The position numbers were made by a program, and so were the translations under genes. The notes under the pieces are model-generated. The model had not been told where the DNA came from, did no database searches, and worked only from the letters and a program-made list of their open reading frames with translations. From Candidatus Sumerlaeaceae bacterium (GTDB lineage: Bacteria > Sumerlaeota > Sumerlaeia > Sumerlaeales > Sumerlaeaceae), in the NCBI GenBank assembly GCA_051003195.1, contig JBPCLP010000021.1, forward strand, positions 128,001-192,000: DNA of 64,000 bases, read 5' to 3'. This document shows, piece after piece, positions 20,826 through 30,091 of this stretch (positions within the stretch are counted from its first letter, which is position 1; every line of letters begins with the position of its first letter).

Positions 20826-20858
20826 TTCAAGTGCACAAATTGAATTTGTACACTTGAA
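20826..20858. promoter_or_regulatory. 33-bp AT-rich near-perfect palindrome (operator or hairpin)
   Basis: TTCAAGTGCACAAATT-G-AATTTGTACACTTGAA, one mismatch. Confidence 0.55.
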
Positions 20859-21016
20859 TTCCTTCTCCGCGATGGAACCGACATTCCGTGGTTGGAGAGC
20901 GGAGCGCACCTTTTCGAGCACGATAATATGCGCGTCGACATAAATTGTCAAATATCTGCGCCGGGTGTAACATGCGAAAAATGGGTTGGGAATTCCCGCA
21001 CGGGAACGTGCAGGAG

Positions 21017-21688
21017 TTATTCTGAGCCTACGGAGCTCGCATTCTTTGCACGTTTCTGGGTGCGATAGATATTACCGCGGCTGGTCGTCCCATTGGTCGG
21101 ATCATATGGATTGATGACGGAGACGTAGGTTTTCTGAGGCCCAAGGGAGCGCACGATAAACAGTCCATAGCGGTCTGTAAAGCTTTCGGGCGGATTGGTA
21201 CCCGCGATCGTCGTGGGCAATTGGGTCGGGTTCCCTGGCTCGTTCATACCAGTAGGGCAGCCCACGTCTATCCAGTGCTGAATGTTTTGATAACCCAAAT
21301 CATTGTGGTTCTGGTCGAATGTCTGTTGAGTAAATACGTCCTTCAACGTCGACGTAAGGTAGGCAACGGGGCTTGTGAGTCCACCGACCAAGGGCCCACT
21401 GCCTCCGTCGATTGGGTGCGGTCCTCCGGGGAGAAACTGTGAGGTGGACTGTAATCCACCGACGGTTTGAAACGCAATAAATCGGGGTATCGGATACTTA
21501 TTATTGTCCACGGCATAGGATTCTGCCGCTGTGACAATGCTTCGAAGATCGTTCTTTGCTCTCGATGCTTTTGCGCGCACCTGCGCTTCCAGAAAATTGG
21601 GCACTGCGATTGCCGCCAGGATCGCAATGATGGCGACGACAATGAGAAGTTCGATCAGAGTGAATGCATTTGATTTCGATTGTGACAC
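21017..21688 (-). CDS. Type IV prepilin-like protein, copy P2
   Basis: GGAGG then GTG at 21688; A|FTLIELL...PNFLEAQVR; GLTSPVAYLTS; RSLGP; YDPTNGTTSRGNIYR. Confidence 0.9.
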   Translation of the reverse strand: MSQSKSNAFTLIELLIVVAIIAILAAIAVPNFLEAQVRAKASRAKNDLRSIVTAAESYAVDNNKYPIPRFIAFQTVGGLQSTSQFLPGGPHPIDGGSGPLVGGLTSPVAYLTSTLKDVFTQQTFDQNHNDLGYQNIQHWIDVGCPTGMNEPGNPTQLPTTIAGTNPPESFTDRYGLFIVRSLGPQKTYVSVINPYDPTNGTTSRGNIYRTQKRAKNASSVGSE

Positions 21689-21768
21689 GTTCTGGTTGCC
21701 TCCGTATAAAATCAACGGGGGGGGCGGAATTGCCTCCTGCCGACCACCGCATTGCTAATTGCTAGCTG

Positions 21769-22458
21769 TTATTCGCCGCCGACGGCGCGGTTGTTTTTTA
21801 GACGGAAGTGCGTGCGGTATATATCGCCCCAGCTAATACTGCCATTCGTGGAGTCGTATGGCTGAGCGGCTGAATTGAAAGTCTTATCCGGTCCTATCGA
21901 TCGGACAATCCAAGAGCCATACTTTGCCCGCAGGTCTGCCGCGGTTGTGCCTGTAAAGAAGTTTGACTGACCGTTGCCGCCACCGCCCGGGGTAGTCGAT
22001 TCGGCGGTGGGCAGTGGAATTCCCTGCCCTGGTTCGCACCAGATATCGATATTCTGATATGCAAGATCGTCATGGAGATTGTCAAAAGCGCTGATTGCAA
22101 ATGGGTCTTTCGGAATACTTGTAAGATACGCAATGGGACTCGTAAGCCCAGCGACGTTACTGCCGGCAATGAAAGATCCAGCATTGCCCGTTTCATGTTG
22201 ACCACCAGGAGCAAACTGACACCCGGAATTCAGGGGCGTTTGCAGTTTCAAAATATAGCGCGGCACCGGATACTTGTTTTCATCCACCATGTATGTTTCC
22301 AGCGCCGTGATGATAGTCCGCAAATCAGACTTTGCCCTGGACGCTTTCGCTCGCACCTGCGCTTCGAGGAAGTTGGGAACTGCGATCGCCGCGAGGATGG
22401 CGATAATGGCTACGACGATCAACAGCTCGATCAGCGTGAAACCGAGTTTCTTATTCAT
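21769..22458 (-). CDS. Type IV prepilin-like protein, copy P3
   Basis: G|FTLIELL...; GLTSPIAYLTS; RSIGPD; YDSTNGSISWGDIYR. Confidence 0.9.
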   Translation of the reverse strand: MNKKLGFTLIELLIVVAIIAILAAIAVPNFLEAQVRAKASRAKSDLRTIITALETYMVDENKYPVPRYILKLQTPLNSGCQFAPGGQHETGNAGSFIAGSNVAGLTSPIAYLTSIPKDPFAISAFDNLHDDLAYQNIDIWCEPGQGIPLPTAESTTPGGGGNGQSNFFTGTTAADLRAKYGSWIVRSIGPDKTFNSAAQPYDSTNGSISWGDIYRTHFRLKNNRAVGGE

Positions 22459-22651
22459 GACAGTACACCCGAATTGAAATGGGAAGCTAAGTGAAAGTAT
22501 CTAGCACAAGGCCTCGAAAGAATTTGTAAAGGACATTCGAAAAACAAATCGTTGAAACGACTATACTTCTGGTCGTTATTAGCGAGTTCGCACGCTTCTT
22601 TTTTGCCCAAACTTTGTTGCACCTCCTTCTTTTGCCCGCCCAGTGGGCCGA

Positions 22652-24283
22652 ATGACTAACGCACCGGTGTCGGCCGGCCTCAATGCCATCGACCTCGGCG
22701 TTTTTTTATTCTATATGGCGGCAACGGTCGCCCTGGGGTTCTGGGTGGCGCGCCGCGGCAAGTCGAAGCCGCGCGATTATTTCCTCGGCGGCAACACATT
22801 GCCGTGGTATGTCATCGCCACATCCATGGTCGCCACCAACGTCAGCAGCGAGCATTTTATCGCCAATGTCGGCGCTTCCTACAAGCATGGCATTGTTGTC
22901 GCCACCGGAAGCTGGAACTCGTGGATTATCTATAGCCTGCTGATCTGGGTTTTCCTGCCGTACTATTTGCGCTCCCGCATTTTCACGATGCCGCAGTTCC
23001 TCGAGCAGCGCTACAATTCCACATGCCGCTACCTGTTCGCGTGGATCACCACCGTGGGATACATCTTTGGTATTATCGCCGGCGGGTTATACGCGGGCGG
23101 GCTGGCGCTGCAGAGCATGTTCGGCATGGATATGACGATGGGCATCCTACTGCTGGCCGTCGCCACGGGCGCCTACACAATTTACGGCGGGCTGGTGAGC
23201 GCCGCATGGACCGACTTCATGCAGATGATTGTGCTGATTGTCGGCGCTGTCCTCGTGCCGGTCCTGGGCATGATGAAAGCCGGCGGCCTGGTATCCCTGG
23301 CGCAGGCCCACCCCGAAAAATTCCAGGTCTTCCTGCCGCCGGATCACCCGCTGTTTCCCGTAACGGGAATTTTCACCGGCTTCCTGAGCATTGGTATCTG
23401 GTATAGCTGCACCAATCAGCTCATTGTGCAGAGGTGCCTTGGCGCGAAGGACGAGTGGCACGCGCGCGTCGGCGTCGTTGCCGCCGGCTTCCTTCACACC
23501 ATCACCCCGCTGTTTTTTACTGTGCCGGGAATCATCGCTTATAAACTCTATCCGAACCTGGAAAAACCGGACAGCGCGTACCTGGTGCTCGTGAAGGACC
23601 TGATACCCAGCGGACTTCGCGGGCTTGTGCTGGCGGCAATCGCGGCGGCCCTGATGAGCACTCTTTCGACCGTGCTTAATTCGACGTCGACGGTGCTGAC
23701 CATCGATTTCTATAAAAAGCTCCTGCGCCCGGACGCCAGTGACGAGGCCCAGGTGCGGTTTGGACGGTGGAGCGGCGCAATCGTTCTGTTAATCGGTGCT
23801 GCGCTCGGATGGGTCTATGCCCAGCGGCAGGATCAATCGCTGTTCGTTCTCATTACCACCGTCTTCGCCTACATCGCGCCCCCGTTTGCCGTCATCTTTA
23901 CGCTGGGCCTTTTGTGGCGACGCGGTAACGCAGTCGGTGCCGCCGCGACCATTGTTGCGGGAATAATATTCTCGACGTTGCTCCATCAGTACCTGTTTCC
24001 GCACATCGCGCTGATCCGGCCTTATAACTCGCCGCACCATCGCGCGCTGGCCTGCTGGGTATTTTCCATGATCGTCATGATCTCCGTTTCGCTCGCCACG
24101 CCCGCTCCTGCGCCGGAGAAGACCGACGGCATCATCTGGAACCCGCGCTACGCGAAGCTGCCCGACGTGCTGAAGGAGAAATACCACGGCATCCGCGACT
24201 GGCGCCTGTGGTGGCTTCTCTTCATCGGCACCATTTTGTCACTGTATGCATTCCTGTTCTGGTTCCAGGCCCAGCACCGGTAG
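22652..24283 (+). CDS. Sodium:solute symporter (SSS/SLC5)
   Basis: DYFLGG, SMVATNVSSEH, TMPQFLEQRY, YTIYGG, WTD, NQLIVQRCL, AALMST. Confidence 0.95.
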   Translation: MTNAPVSAGLNAIDLGVFLFYMAATVALGFWVARRGKSKPRDYFLGGNTLPWYVIATSMVATNVSSEHFIANVGASYKHGIVVATGSWNSWIIYSLLIWVFLPYYLRSRIFTMPQFLEQRYNSTCRYLFAWITTVGYIFGIIAGGLYAGGLALQSMFGMDMTMGILLLAVATGAYTIYGGLVSAAWTDFMQMIVLIVGAVLVPVLGMMKAGGLVSLAQAHPEKFQVFLPPDHPLFPVTGIFTGFLSIGIWYSCTNQLIVQRCLGAKDEWHARVGVVAAGFLHTITPLFFTVPGIIAYKLYPNLEKPDSAYLVLVKDLIPSGLRGLVLAAIAAALMSTLSTVLNSTSTVLTIDFYKKLLRPDASDEAQVRFGRWSGAIVLLIGAALGWVYAQRQDQSLFVLITTVFAYIAPPFAVIFTLGLLWRRGNAVGAAATIVAGIIFSTLLHQYLFPHIALIRPYNSPHHRALACWVFSMIVMISVSLATPAPAPEKTDGIIWNPRYAKLPDVLKEKYHGIRDWRLWWLLFIGTILSLYAFLFWFQAQHR

Positions 24284-24354
24284 CTCTCGAGCCCCGAATC
24301 GACACGAATAACCGCTTATGAAAGAACGAATAACTCAAGTGGCCAACGCTCATA

Positions 24355-24454
24355 CCAGTGTGCCGTCCCAGAAGTTCATAGCTATATTTCATGAAGCTTT
24401 CGAGCTCGGACGGCACGCAAAACCAGTGAACGAATTAATGGGACACCATACCAG
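24355..24454 (+). mobile_element. 96-bp MITE-like palindromic element, subtype A (A1)
   Basis: CCAG-TGTGCCGTCCC...GGACGGCACGC...GGGACACCATA-CCAG. Confidence 0.8.
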
Positions 24455-24550
24455 TGTGCCGAATCAGAAGTTCCTATCCCATTTGAGCGCGGAAGATGAG
24501 CTCAATTCGGCACACAGAACCGAATACGAATTAACGGTAGACCACCCTAG
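24451..24550 (+). mobile_element. 96-bp MITE-like element, subtype B-i (B1), in tandem with A1
   Basis: CCAG-TGTGCCGAATC...ATTCGGCACAC...GGTAGACCACC-CTAG. Confidence 0.8.
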
Positions 24551-24592
24551 CGTTTATGGGTGTTCATTCGCGGTTGAAATGCTTTTGAAACT

Positions 24593-25996
24593 TTGAGCTT
24601 AAAAGCACCGCTTCTCGCCGCTGCAGCCCGGCGCGTCATCAATCCTCCGCCGGGAATTGCTCACGGTACCTGGGGCGCGCAGGTGCATGAGCGCGCGGAA
24701 GGCCAGGACATGGATCTGCTGGTGACCGCGCTTGCGGTGAGCGACGGTATTAATTCCGCAGTTGTGCTCGACGTCGATATGCAGATTTTCACGACAGATG
24801 CTGCCGACCGACTGCGCGCCATCGTGAGTGAAGCGACAGGACTGCCCGTCGAAGCGATTCGCGTTTCTGCTACGCACACGCATTCCAGCCCAACGCCGTA
24901 CAAAAGCTGGATTACGCAGGGCTGGGACCTGGTCGGGCCATGGTTTGATCTCGTAAACGACATGTCGGCCGAAGCCGCTCGCGAGGCGATCTCCGCCCTG
25001 AAACCCGCCATCGTTCGCGCCGGCCGCGGCGAGTGTCACATTAACACGAACCGCCGTGCGACAATCGCCGATGGCCGCGTGATCCTCGGCAAGAATCCGG
25101 ATGGCTTCAGCGACCGCGAAGTGCTTGTGATAAAAATGAATGCGGCAGACAGCGGCGAGACGATCGCCACCATCGTGAATTACGCCTGCCATCCGACGAT
25201 CATGGGACCGTCTAATCGCCTCATCACTCCCGATTACCCGGGCGCGACGCGGCAGACCGTCGAAGAAGCGGTCGGCGGTAAATGTGTATTCCTGCTGGGC
25301 GCTGCCGGCGACCAGGGCCCCGTGCAGGGCTTCGGGGATGATGTTCGCGTGTATCGCCGTCTCGGTGAAACGCTGGGACATGCCGCCGCAAAAGTGGCAA
25401 TGGAACTCGACCTGGTTCCCACTGAAACCAGACTGCGTGAGTTGGTGGAGTCGGGTGGTTCACTCGGCTACTACAACGACGAGTTCGCATCCGTTCCTGT
25501 TTTGCCGCTGGTCGTTCAGCAACACGATATCGCCGTTCCGCTTCGCGACGATATTCCCGCGCTGGATGCCGCGAGAGAGAATGCCACCGCCGCGCATGTC
25601 GCACTGAAACAGGCCCGCGACAGCGACGACGACTCCGCCATGCGCCAGTCGATTGTCCGCGCGCGGCGCGCCGACCTGAAGCTCCGGCTGGCTGAAGATT
25701 TCCACGGCCGCAGCGATGTCGGCGTGCGCACGCATTTCCTGTGCTTCGGCGACGTGGCGCTTGTTGCCAGCAACATCGAGCCATTCGCCGAGATCGGGGT
25801 GCACATCAAGCAGCACTCGCCCTTTCCCGTGACGCTTGTCTCAGGCTATACCAACGGCCGTCTCGCATACATGCCCACACCCGGGGAATGGACACGCGGC
25901 GGGCACGAAGTGCTCAACTCTCCCTTTGGCCAGCACGCGTCTGAAGCATACCAGGCGAAAGTATTGGAAATCCTCCACTGCATCCGCGGGCAATAA
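24593..25996 (+). CDS. Neutral/alkaline ceramidase-like hydrolase family protein
   Basis: SATHTHSSP, NYACHP, ITPDYPG, GAAGDQ, GYTNG...YMPT. Confidence 0.75.
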   Translation: MSLKAPLLAAAARRVINPPPGIAHGTWGAQVHERAEGQDMDLLVTALAVSDGINSAVVLDVDMQIFTTDAADRLRAIVSEATGLPVEAIRVSATHTHSSPTPYKSWITQGWDLVGPWFDLVNDMSAEAAREAISALKPAIVRAGRGECHINTNRRATIADGRVILGKNPDGFSDREVLVIKMNAADSGETIATIVNYACHPTIMGPSNRLITPDYPGATRQTVEEAVGGKCVFLLGAAGDQGPVQGFGDDVRVYRRLGETLGHAAAKVAMELDLVPTETRLRELVESGGSLGYYNDEFASVPVLPLVVQQHDIAVPLRDDIPALDAARENATAAHVALKQARDSDDDSAMRQSIVRARRADLKLRLAEDFHGRSDVGVRTHFLCFGDVALVASNIEPFAEIGVHIKQHSPFPVTLVSGYTNGRLAYMPTPGEWTRGGHEVLNSPFGQHASEAYQAKVLEILHCIRGQ

Positions 25997-26000
25997 TCCC

Positions 26001-26774
26001 ATGCTCCTGGAAAACCTGACCTGGCGCGAAGTGAAGGCGCTGAATTTTGACAAGCTTCTGGTCGTGCTGCCGACGGGCGCGTTCGAGCAGCACGGTCCGC
26101 ACCTGCCGCTGACCACGGACACCGATATTGTCACCGCGGTGGCGCGTGGTGTGGAGCAACAGCGCCCCGAGACCGTGCTCTGTCTGCCCACCCTTTGGCT
26201 CGGTCACTCAACGCACCATCTGGCCTTTCCCGGCACGCTCAGTACCATGCAGGCGAACTACATGACAATGCTGACCGATGTGTGCAAAAGCATTGCGGCC
26301 ATGGGCGCGCGTCGCGTGTTTCTGCTTAATGGACATGGCGGCAACGATATTCCTGCCAAAGCCGCAATGCGCGAGTTGAAGAGCCAGCTGGGGCCAGCCG
26401 AGAAGCAGCCGCGTATCGTGTTCGCCTCCTACTGGTCGCTTGCAGCCGCGAGCATTAAAGCTATCCGGGAATCACAACTCGGCGGACTGGGACATGCGTG
26501 CGAGATGGAAACAAGCATCATGCTGCATCTATGCCCGGACCGCGTGCAGATGCAGCACGCCAGGCGCGACGGGCCAAAGCACGAATCGCCCTACCGCAAA
26601 TCCGATATGCAGTACGCACGCCCCGTTTACTTCGTGAACGAATTTCATGAAGTCACGGAGAACGGCACCATCGGGCATCCCGATCTCGCCACGCCCGAAA
26701 AGGGTGCGCGTTTCCTCGAAGCCATCATCCGCGACACTACCGCATTCGTCGACGATTTCGCGACGTGGGAGTGA
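26001..26774 (+). CDS. Creatininase-family amidohydrolase
   Basis: PTGAFEQHGPHLPLTTD, NGHGGN, GHACEMETS. Confidence 0.92.
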   Translation: MLLENLTWREVKALNFDKLLVVLPTGAFEQHGPHLPLTTDTDIVTAVARGVEQQRPETVLCLPTLWLGHSTHHLAFPGTLSTMQANYMTMLTDVCKSIAAMGARRVFLLNGHGGNDIPAKAAMRELKSQLGPAEKQPRIVFASYWSLAAASIKAIRESQLGGLGHACEMETSIMLHLCPDRVQMQHARRDGPKHESPYRKSDMQYARPVYFVNEFHEVTENGTIGHPDLATPEKGARFLEAIIRDTTAFVDDFATWE

Positions 26775-26817
26775 AAACGAGTTTGGAGTGCGGAAGCCGT
26801 GCTTCTGCTTTCATAAT

Positions 26818-27918
26818 GTGAAAATTACCCGAATCGAAACCATTCCCGTCGAGATCCCGATCAAACCGGAACTCGCGATCAAAAGCGGACGTGGCGGCTC
26901 CCACACAAAATCACCTTTCCTGGTGGTTCGCCTGCACACCGGCGATGGCCTCACAGGCCTGGGCGAAGTTTCCTGCACGCCGCGCTGGAGCGGCGAGGAC
27001 TCCACGACCGCCGCGCATTTCATCAATGCGTACTTTGCGCCGCTGCTGATCGGCCAGAATCCGGCCGACCTGGAACTTCTAATGCCGGCAATCAACTCGG
27101 TTATAGCCGGCAACCACTTTACAAAAGCAGCGATCGAAATGGCCTTGTGGGACATTGCGGGCAAAGCCGCTGGCAAGCCAGTGTACGAGCTGCTCGGCGG
27201 TGCCGTCCGCGATTTCGTTCCCACCAAGTGGTCGATCTCGGGTGTCGATCCGGCGCGCGCCGTGGAAATTGCAACATGGGCGCTACGCCAGGGATTTACC
27301 ACGATGAAGGTGAAGGTCGGCATCGATCCCGACGGTGACGTCGCTCGCGTACGAGCGGTTCGTTACGTCGTTGGACCAGACGTCAAACTTGGCGTGGACG
27401 CGAATGGCGGCTGGGGGGATGCTGACACTGCCGTGCGCACCATTGAGCGGCTGCACGAATTCGGCATCTATTTCGTCGAACAGCCCGTTCCGCAGTATGA
27501 CGTGTTTGGCATGGCGGACGTGCGCCGCCGAGTCAACCTGCCGGTGATTGCGGATGAGAGTGTCTACACGCCGCAGGACGCAGAAAATCTGGTACGCCAC
27601 AACGCAGCCGATGTTTTCTCAGTTTATATAGGCAAGGCAGGGGGCATCGCACCGGCGCGGCGCATCGCGGAGATTGCGCGAAACGCCGGCCTCGGCTGTA
27701 CCATCGGCAGCAACCTGGAACTGGGCATCGGCAGCGCTGCGATGCTGCACCTGGCACTCGCAACTTCCGCAATCACCGCCGAGCAATACCCTTGCGATGT
27801 GATTGGTCCATTTTTCTACGAGAGCGATATCATCGCTGAGCCATTCAACCTGGCGCCCGGCGCCGCTCGACCATCGGAACGGCCGGGTCTCGGGGTCCAG
27901 CTCCGGGACAAAATTTGA
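26818..27918 (+). CDS. Enolase-superfamily enzyme (muconate cycloisomerase / dipeptide epimerase subgroup)
   Basis: ALWDIAGKA, KVKVG, VDANG, EQP, ADES, PGLGV. Confidence 0.9.
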   Translation: MKITRIETIPVEIPIKPELAIKSGRGGSHTKSPFLVVRLHTGDGLTGLGEVSCTPRWSGEDSTTAAHFINAYFAPLLIGQNPADLELLMPAINSVIAGNHFTKAAIEMALWDIAGKAAGKPVYELLGGAVRDFVPTKWSISGVDPARAVEIATWALRQGFTTMKVKVGIDPDGDVARVRAVRYVVGPDVKLGVDANGGWGDADTAVRTIERLHEFGIYFVEQPVPQYDVFGMADVRRRVNLPVIADESVYTPQDAENLVRHNAADVFSVYIGKAGGIAPARRIAEIARNAGLGCTIGSNLELGIGSAAMLHLALATSAITAEQYPCDVIGPFFYESDIIAEPFNLAPGAARPSERPGLGVQLRDKI

Positions 27919-27965
27919 GTTTTTGAATTCCGAATGCCGAAGTGCCCGGCCTGTGGCAGGTCGTA

Positions 27966-28886
27966 CTACGCTATGGCGGGGTGACTGACGTGCGCAGCAG
28001 ATTTACTGTCCGCAGGCTGCGGGGCCGGCAAATGATGCCGCGCGTACGCATGGGTGAACTCGGCACCGAAGAACACGAGTTGTGAGCTGAAGTACACCCA
28101 TAGCAGCAGCACGACAAACGATCCGGCCGCACCATAGACAGTGGTGAGCATACTGTGACCTAGGTAAAAACCGATCAGGAATTTACCCAGGGTAAATAGC
28201 AGCGCAGTGATGCATGCGCCCACCCAAACGTCCTGCCAGCGGACTTTCGTATCAGGTAGCAGGTGAAAAATTGTGCCGAATACAATGGTGACGACGCCGA
28301 AGCTGACAATGAGGTGAACAGTCTGGATGACGTATTTCATCCCGGGCGCCTGCGCGCCGAATGTTTCCTTGGCCGCCGAGAGTCCCGCGCTGAGCACGAG
28401 TGAAATGAGGAGTAGAAACCCGAAGCCAAGCACCAGCCCAAAGGAGAACAGGCGCCGCTTCAACAGATCGGTGACGCTCTTGTAGGGTGCAGGCGGTACT
28501 TTCCAGATGCGGTTGAGGGTATTCTGCAGTTCGGCGAATGTGCCGATGGCACCGATTAAGAGAAGTATTGTTCCAATGACCGTTGCAAGTTCACTCCGCA
28601 GGGGATGTTTGCTCGCCGAAACGATGAGCGTCTGCATCGCCTTTGCTCCCTCGGCTCCCAGCAGACCGCGAAGTTGCGCCACCACCTGCCCCGTGGCGGC
28701 TTCCGGACCAAAGGTGTAGCCAAGCACAGCCACACCCAGCATGAATAGCGGCGCGATCGACAGGACGCTGTAAAACGCCAGGGCGGCGCCCATGTGCGGA
28801 ACGTCATCATTCCACCAATGGATAAAGGATTCTCGCACAAGGCGTCGGCCCACGCGCCAGTCCATGCCGCGCATTTTCCACGTCAT
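27966..28886 (-). CDS. YihY/BrkB family membrane protein
   Basis: AALAFYSVLSIAP, LNRIW, YGAAGS...WVY...FGAE. Confidence 0.92.
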   Translation of the reverse strand: MTWKMRGMDWRVGRRLVRESFIHWWNDDVPHMGAALAFYSVLSIAPLFMLGVAVLGYTFGPEAATGQVVAQLRGLLGAEGAKAMQTLIVSASKHPLRSELATVIGTILLLIGAIGTFAELQNTLNRIWKVPPAPYKSVTDLLKRRLFSFGLVLGFGFLLLISLVLSAGLSAAKETFGAQAPGMKYVIQTVHLIVSFGVVTIVFGTIFHLLPDTKVRWQDVWVGACITALLFTLGKFLIGFYLGHSMLTTVYGAAGSFVVLLLWVYFSSQLVFFGAEFTHAYARHHLPAPQPADSKSAAHVSHPAIA

Positions 28887-28959
28887 GGGGAAGGGTCAGG
28901 GCAATGCCTGTGCCCAAGGCGTCAGGGGTCAGGGGTCCGGGGTCCGATTCCGGGATAAG

Positions 28960-29949
28960 TTAAATTTGCTGAACGAGCTCCCGGGCGGTTGGGGCAGGCT
29001 GCTTTTGCATGCCGAGCTTCTCAAGCAGGGCGGCGTCATGGTCGCTGCCGGGGTTAGGGGTGGTAAGCAGGCGTTCGCCCGCGAAGATCGAATTTGCTCC
29101 GGCGAGGAAACAAAGGGCCTGCGTTTCGTCGGACATGGACATACGCCCGGCGCTAAGCCGAACGCGCGCGCGCGGCATGCAAATGCGGGCGGTAGCGCAT
29201 GCACGCACCATTTCGATTCCGTCGATGGGTTGCTCGTCCTGCATGGGCGTACCCTCGACGGCGACGAGAGCGTTGATCGGAACGCTTTCCGGCTGCGGCT
29301 CTAAATTTGCCAGCTCACACAGCAGGCCAATGCGGTCTTCACGGCTTTCTCCCATTCCGAGAATTCCTCCGCAACAAACCTCAATCCCGGCGGCTCGCAC
29401 ATGACGCAGCGTCTCGAGCCGGTCCTCGTATGTGCGTGTCGTGATAATCTCGCCATAGTACTCCGGGCTGGTGTCGAGGTTGTGATTATACGCTTTCAGT
29501 CCCGCATCTTTGAGCCGTTGCGCCTGGCCAGCCGTGAGCATTCCGAGTGTGAGGCAACTTTCGAGACCGAGCGCATTGACTTCGCGCACCATTTCAAGCA
29601 CCTGGTCAAACTCTGCCCCGTCTCGCGGGCTACGCCATGCCGCGCCCATACAGAAGCGAGTGCTGCCGGCTTCGCGCGCGGCGTATGCCTGCGCTACAAC
29701 AGCTTCAACGTCGAGCAGCCGCTCGGACTTTACGTTGGTTTTGTGGTGAGCGCTTTGAGGACAATACGCACAATCTTCCGGACAGCCGCCGCTCTTAATA
29801 TTACTTAGAGTGCAATGCTGCACTTCATCGGTCGCGTGGTATTCGCGATGCACCAGCATTGCGCGGAGCATCAGCTCGGGAATTGGTAACTCGTAAATTC
29901 CCCGAACCTGATCGCGCGATACCGGAGCAGTGGGTTGTTCAAAATGCAC
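28960..29949 (-). CDS. bioB: Biotin synthase
   Basis: CPEDCAYC radical-SAM motif, [27 protein letters not shown]; start GTG 29949 assumed, but the frame stays open into the upstream repeat. Confidence 0.96.
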   Translation of the reverse strand: MHFEQPTAPVSRDQVRGIYELPIPELMLRAMLVHREYHATDEVQHCTLSNIKSGGCPEDCAYCPQSAHHKTNVKSERLLDVEAVVAQAYAAREAGSTRFCMGAAWRSPRDGAEFDQVLEMVREVNALGLESCLTLGMLTAGQAQRLKDAGLKAYNHNLDTSPEYYGEIITTRTYEDRLETLRHVRAAGIEVCCGGILGMGESREDRIGLLCELANLEPQPESVPINALVAVEGTPMQDEQPIDGIEMVRACATARICMPRARVRLSAGRMSMSDETQALCFLAGANSIFAGERLLTTPNPGSDHDAALLEKLGMQKQPAPTARELVQQI

Positions 29950-29995
29950 GGCGGCAGATTGCGTGAATGATCGGATGCGATGCAAGCCGGAAAAC

Positions 29996-30091
29996 TCAGG
30001 GTGGTCTATCGTTAGTTCGTAATCAGTTCTGCGTGCCGATTCGAGGGTAAGTTTGCCTTTTGGTCTGGGAACCAATGATTTAGCGCGCTAG
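29996..30091 (-). mobile_element. MITE-like element, subtype B-ii, degenerate (B5)
   Basis: Minus strand reads CTAG...CCAGACCAAAAGGCAAACTT...AATCGGCACGCAGAACTGATTACGAACTAACGATAGACCACC-CTGA; its CTAG contains the upstream gene's stop. Confidence 0.75.

Noticed and set aside
20309..20943. Several overlapping ORFs with 21-aa repeats
   Set aside because: They are a by-product of the GC-rich 63-bp tandem and inverted repeats; no protein-like features.
24355..24550. Mini-CRISPR or integron attC sites for the A/B doublets
   Set aside because: The same 'spacers' recur at dispersed loci in both orientations. There are no RYYYAAC/GTTRRRY ends, no cassette array and no integrase.
24318..24596. 92-aa ORF as an independent gene
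   Set aside because: It is almost entirely translated repeat units; reported under the repeat family instead.
28921..28946. GTCAGGG/GTCCGGG heptamer run between bioB and yihY
   Set aside because: Only ~3.5 imperfect units in GC-rich DNA; no evidence of function.
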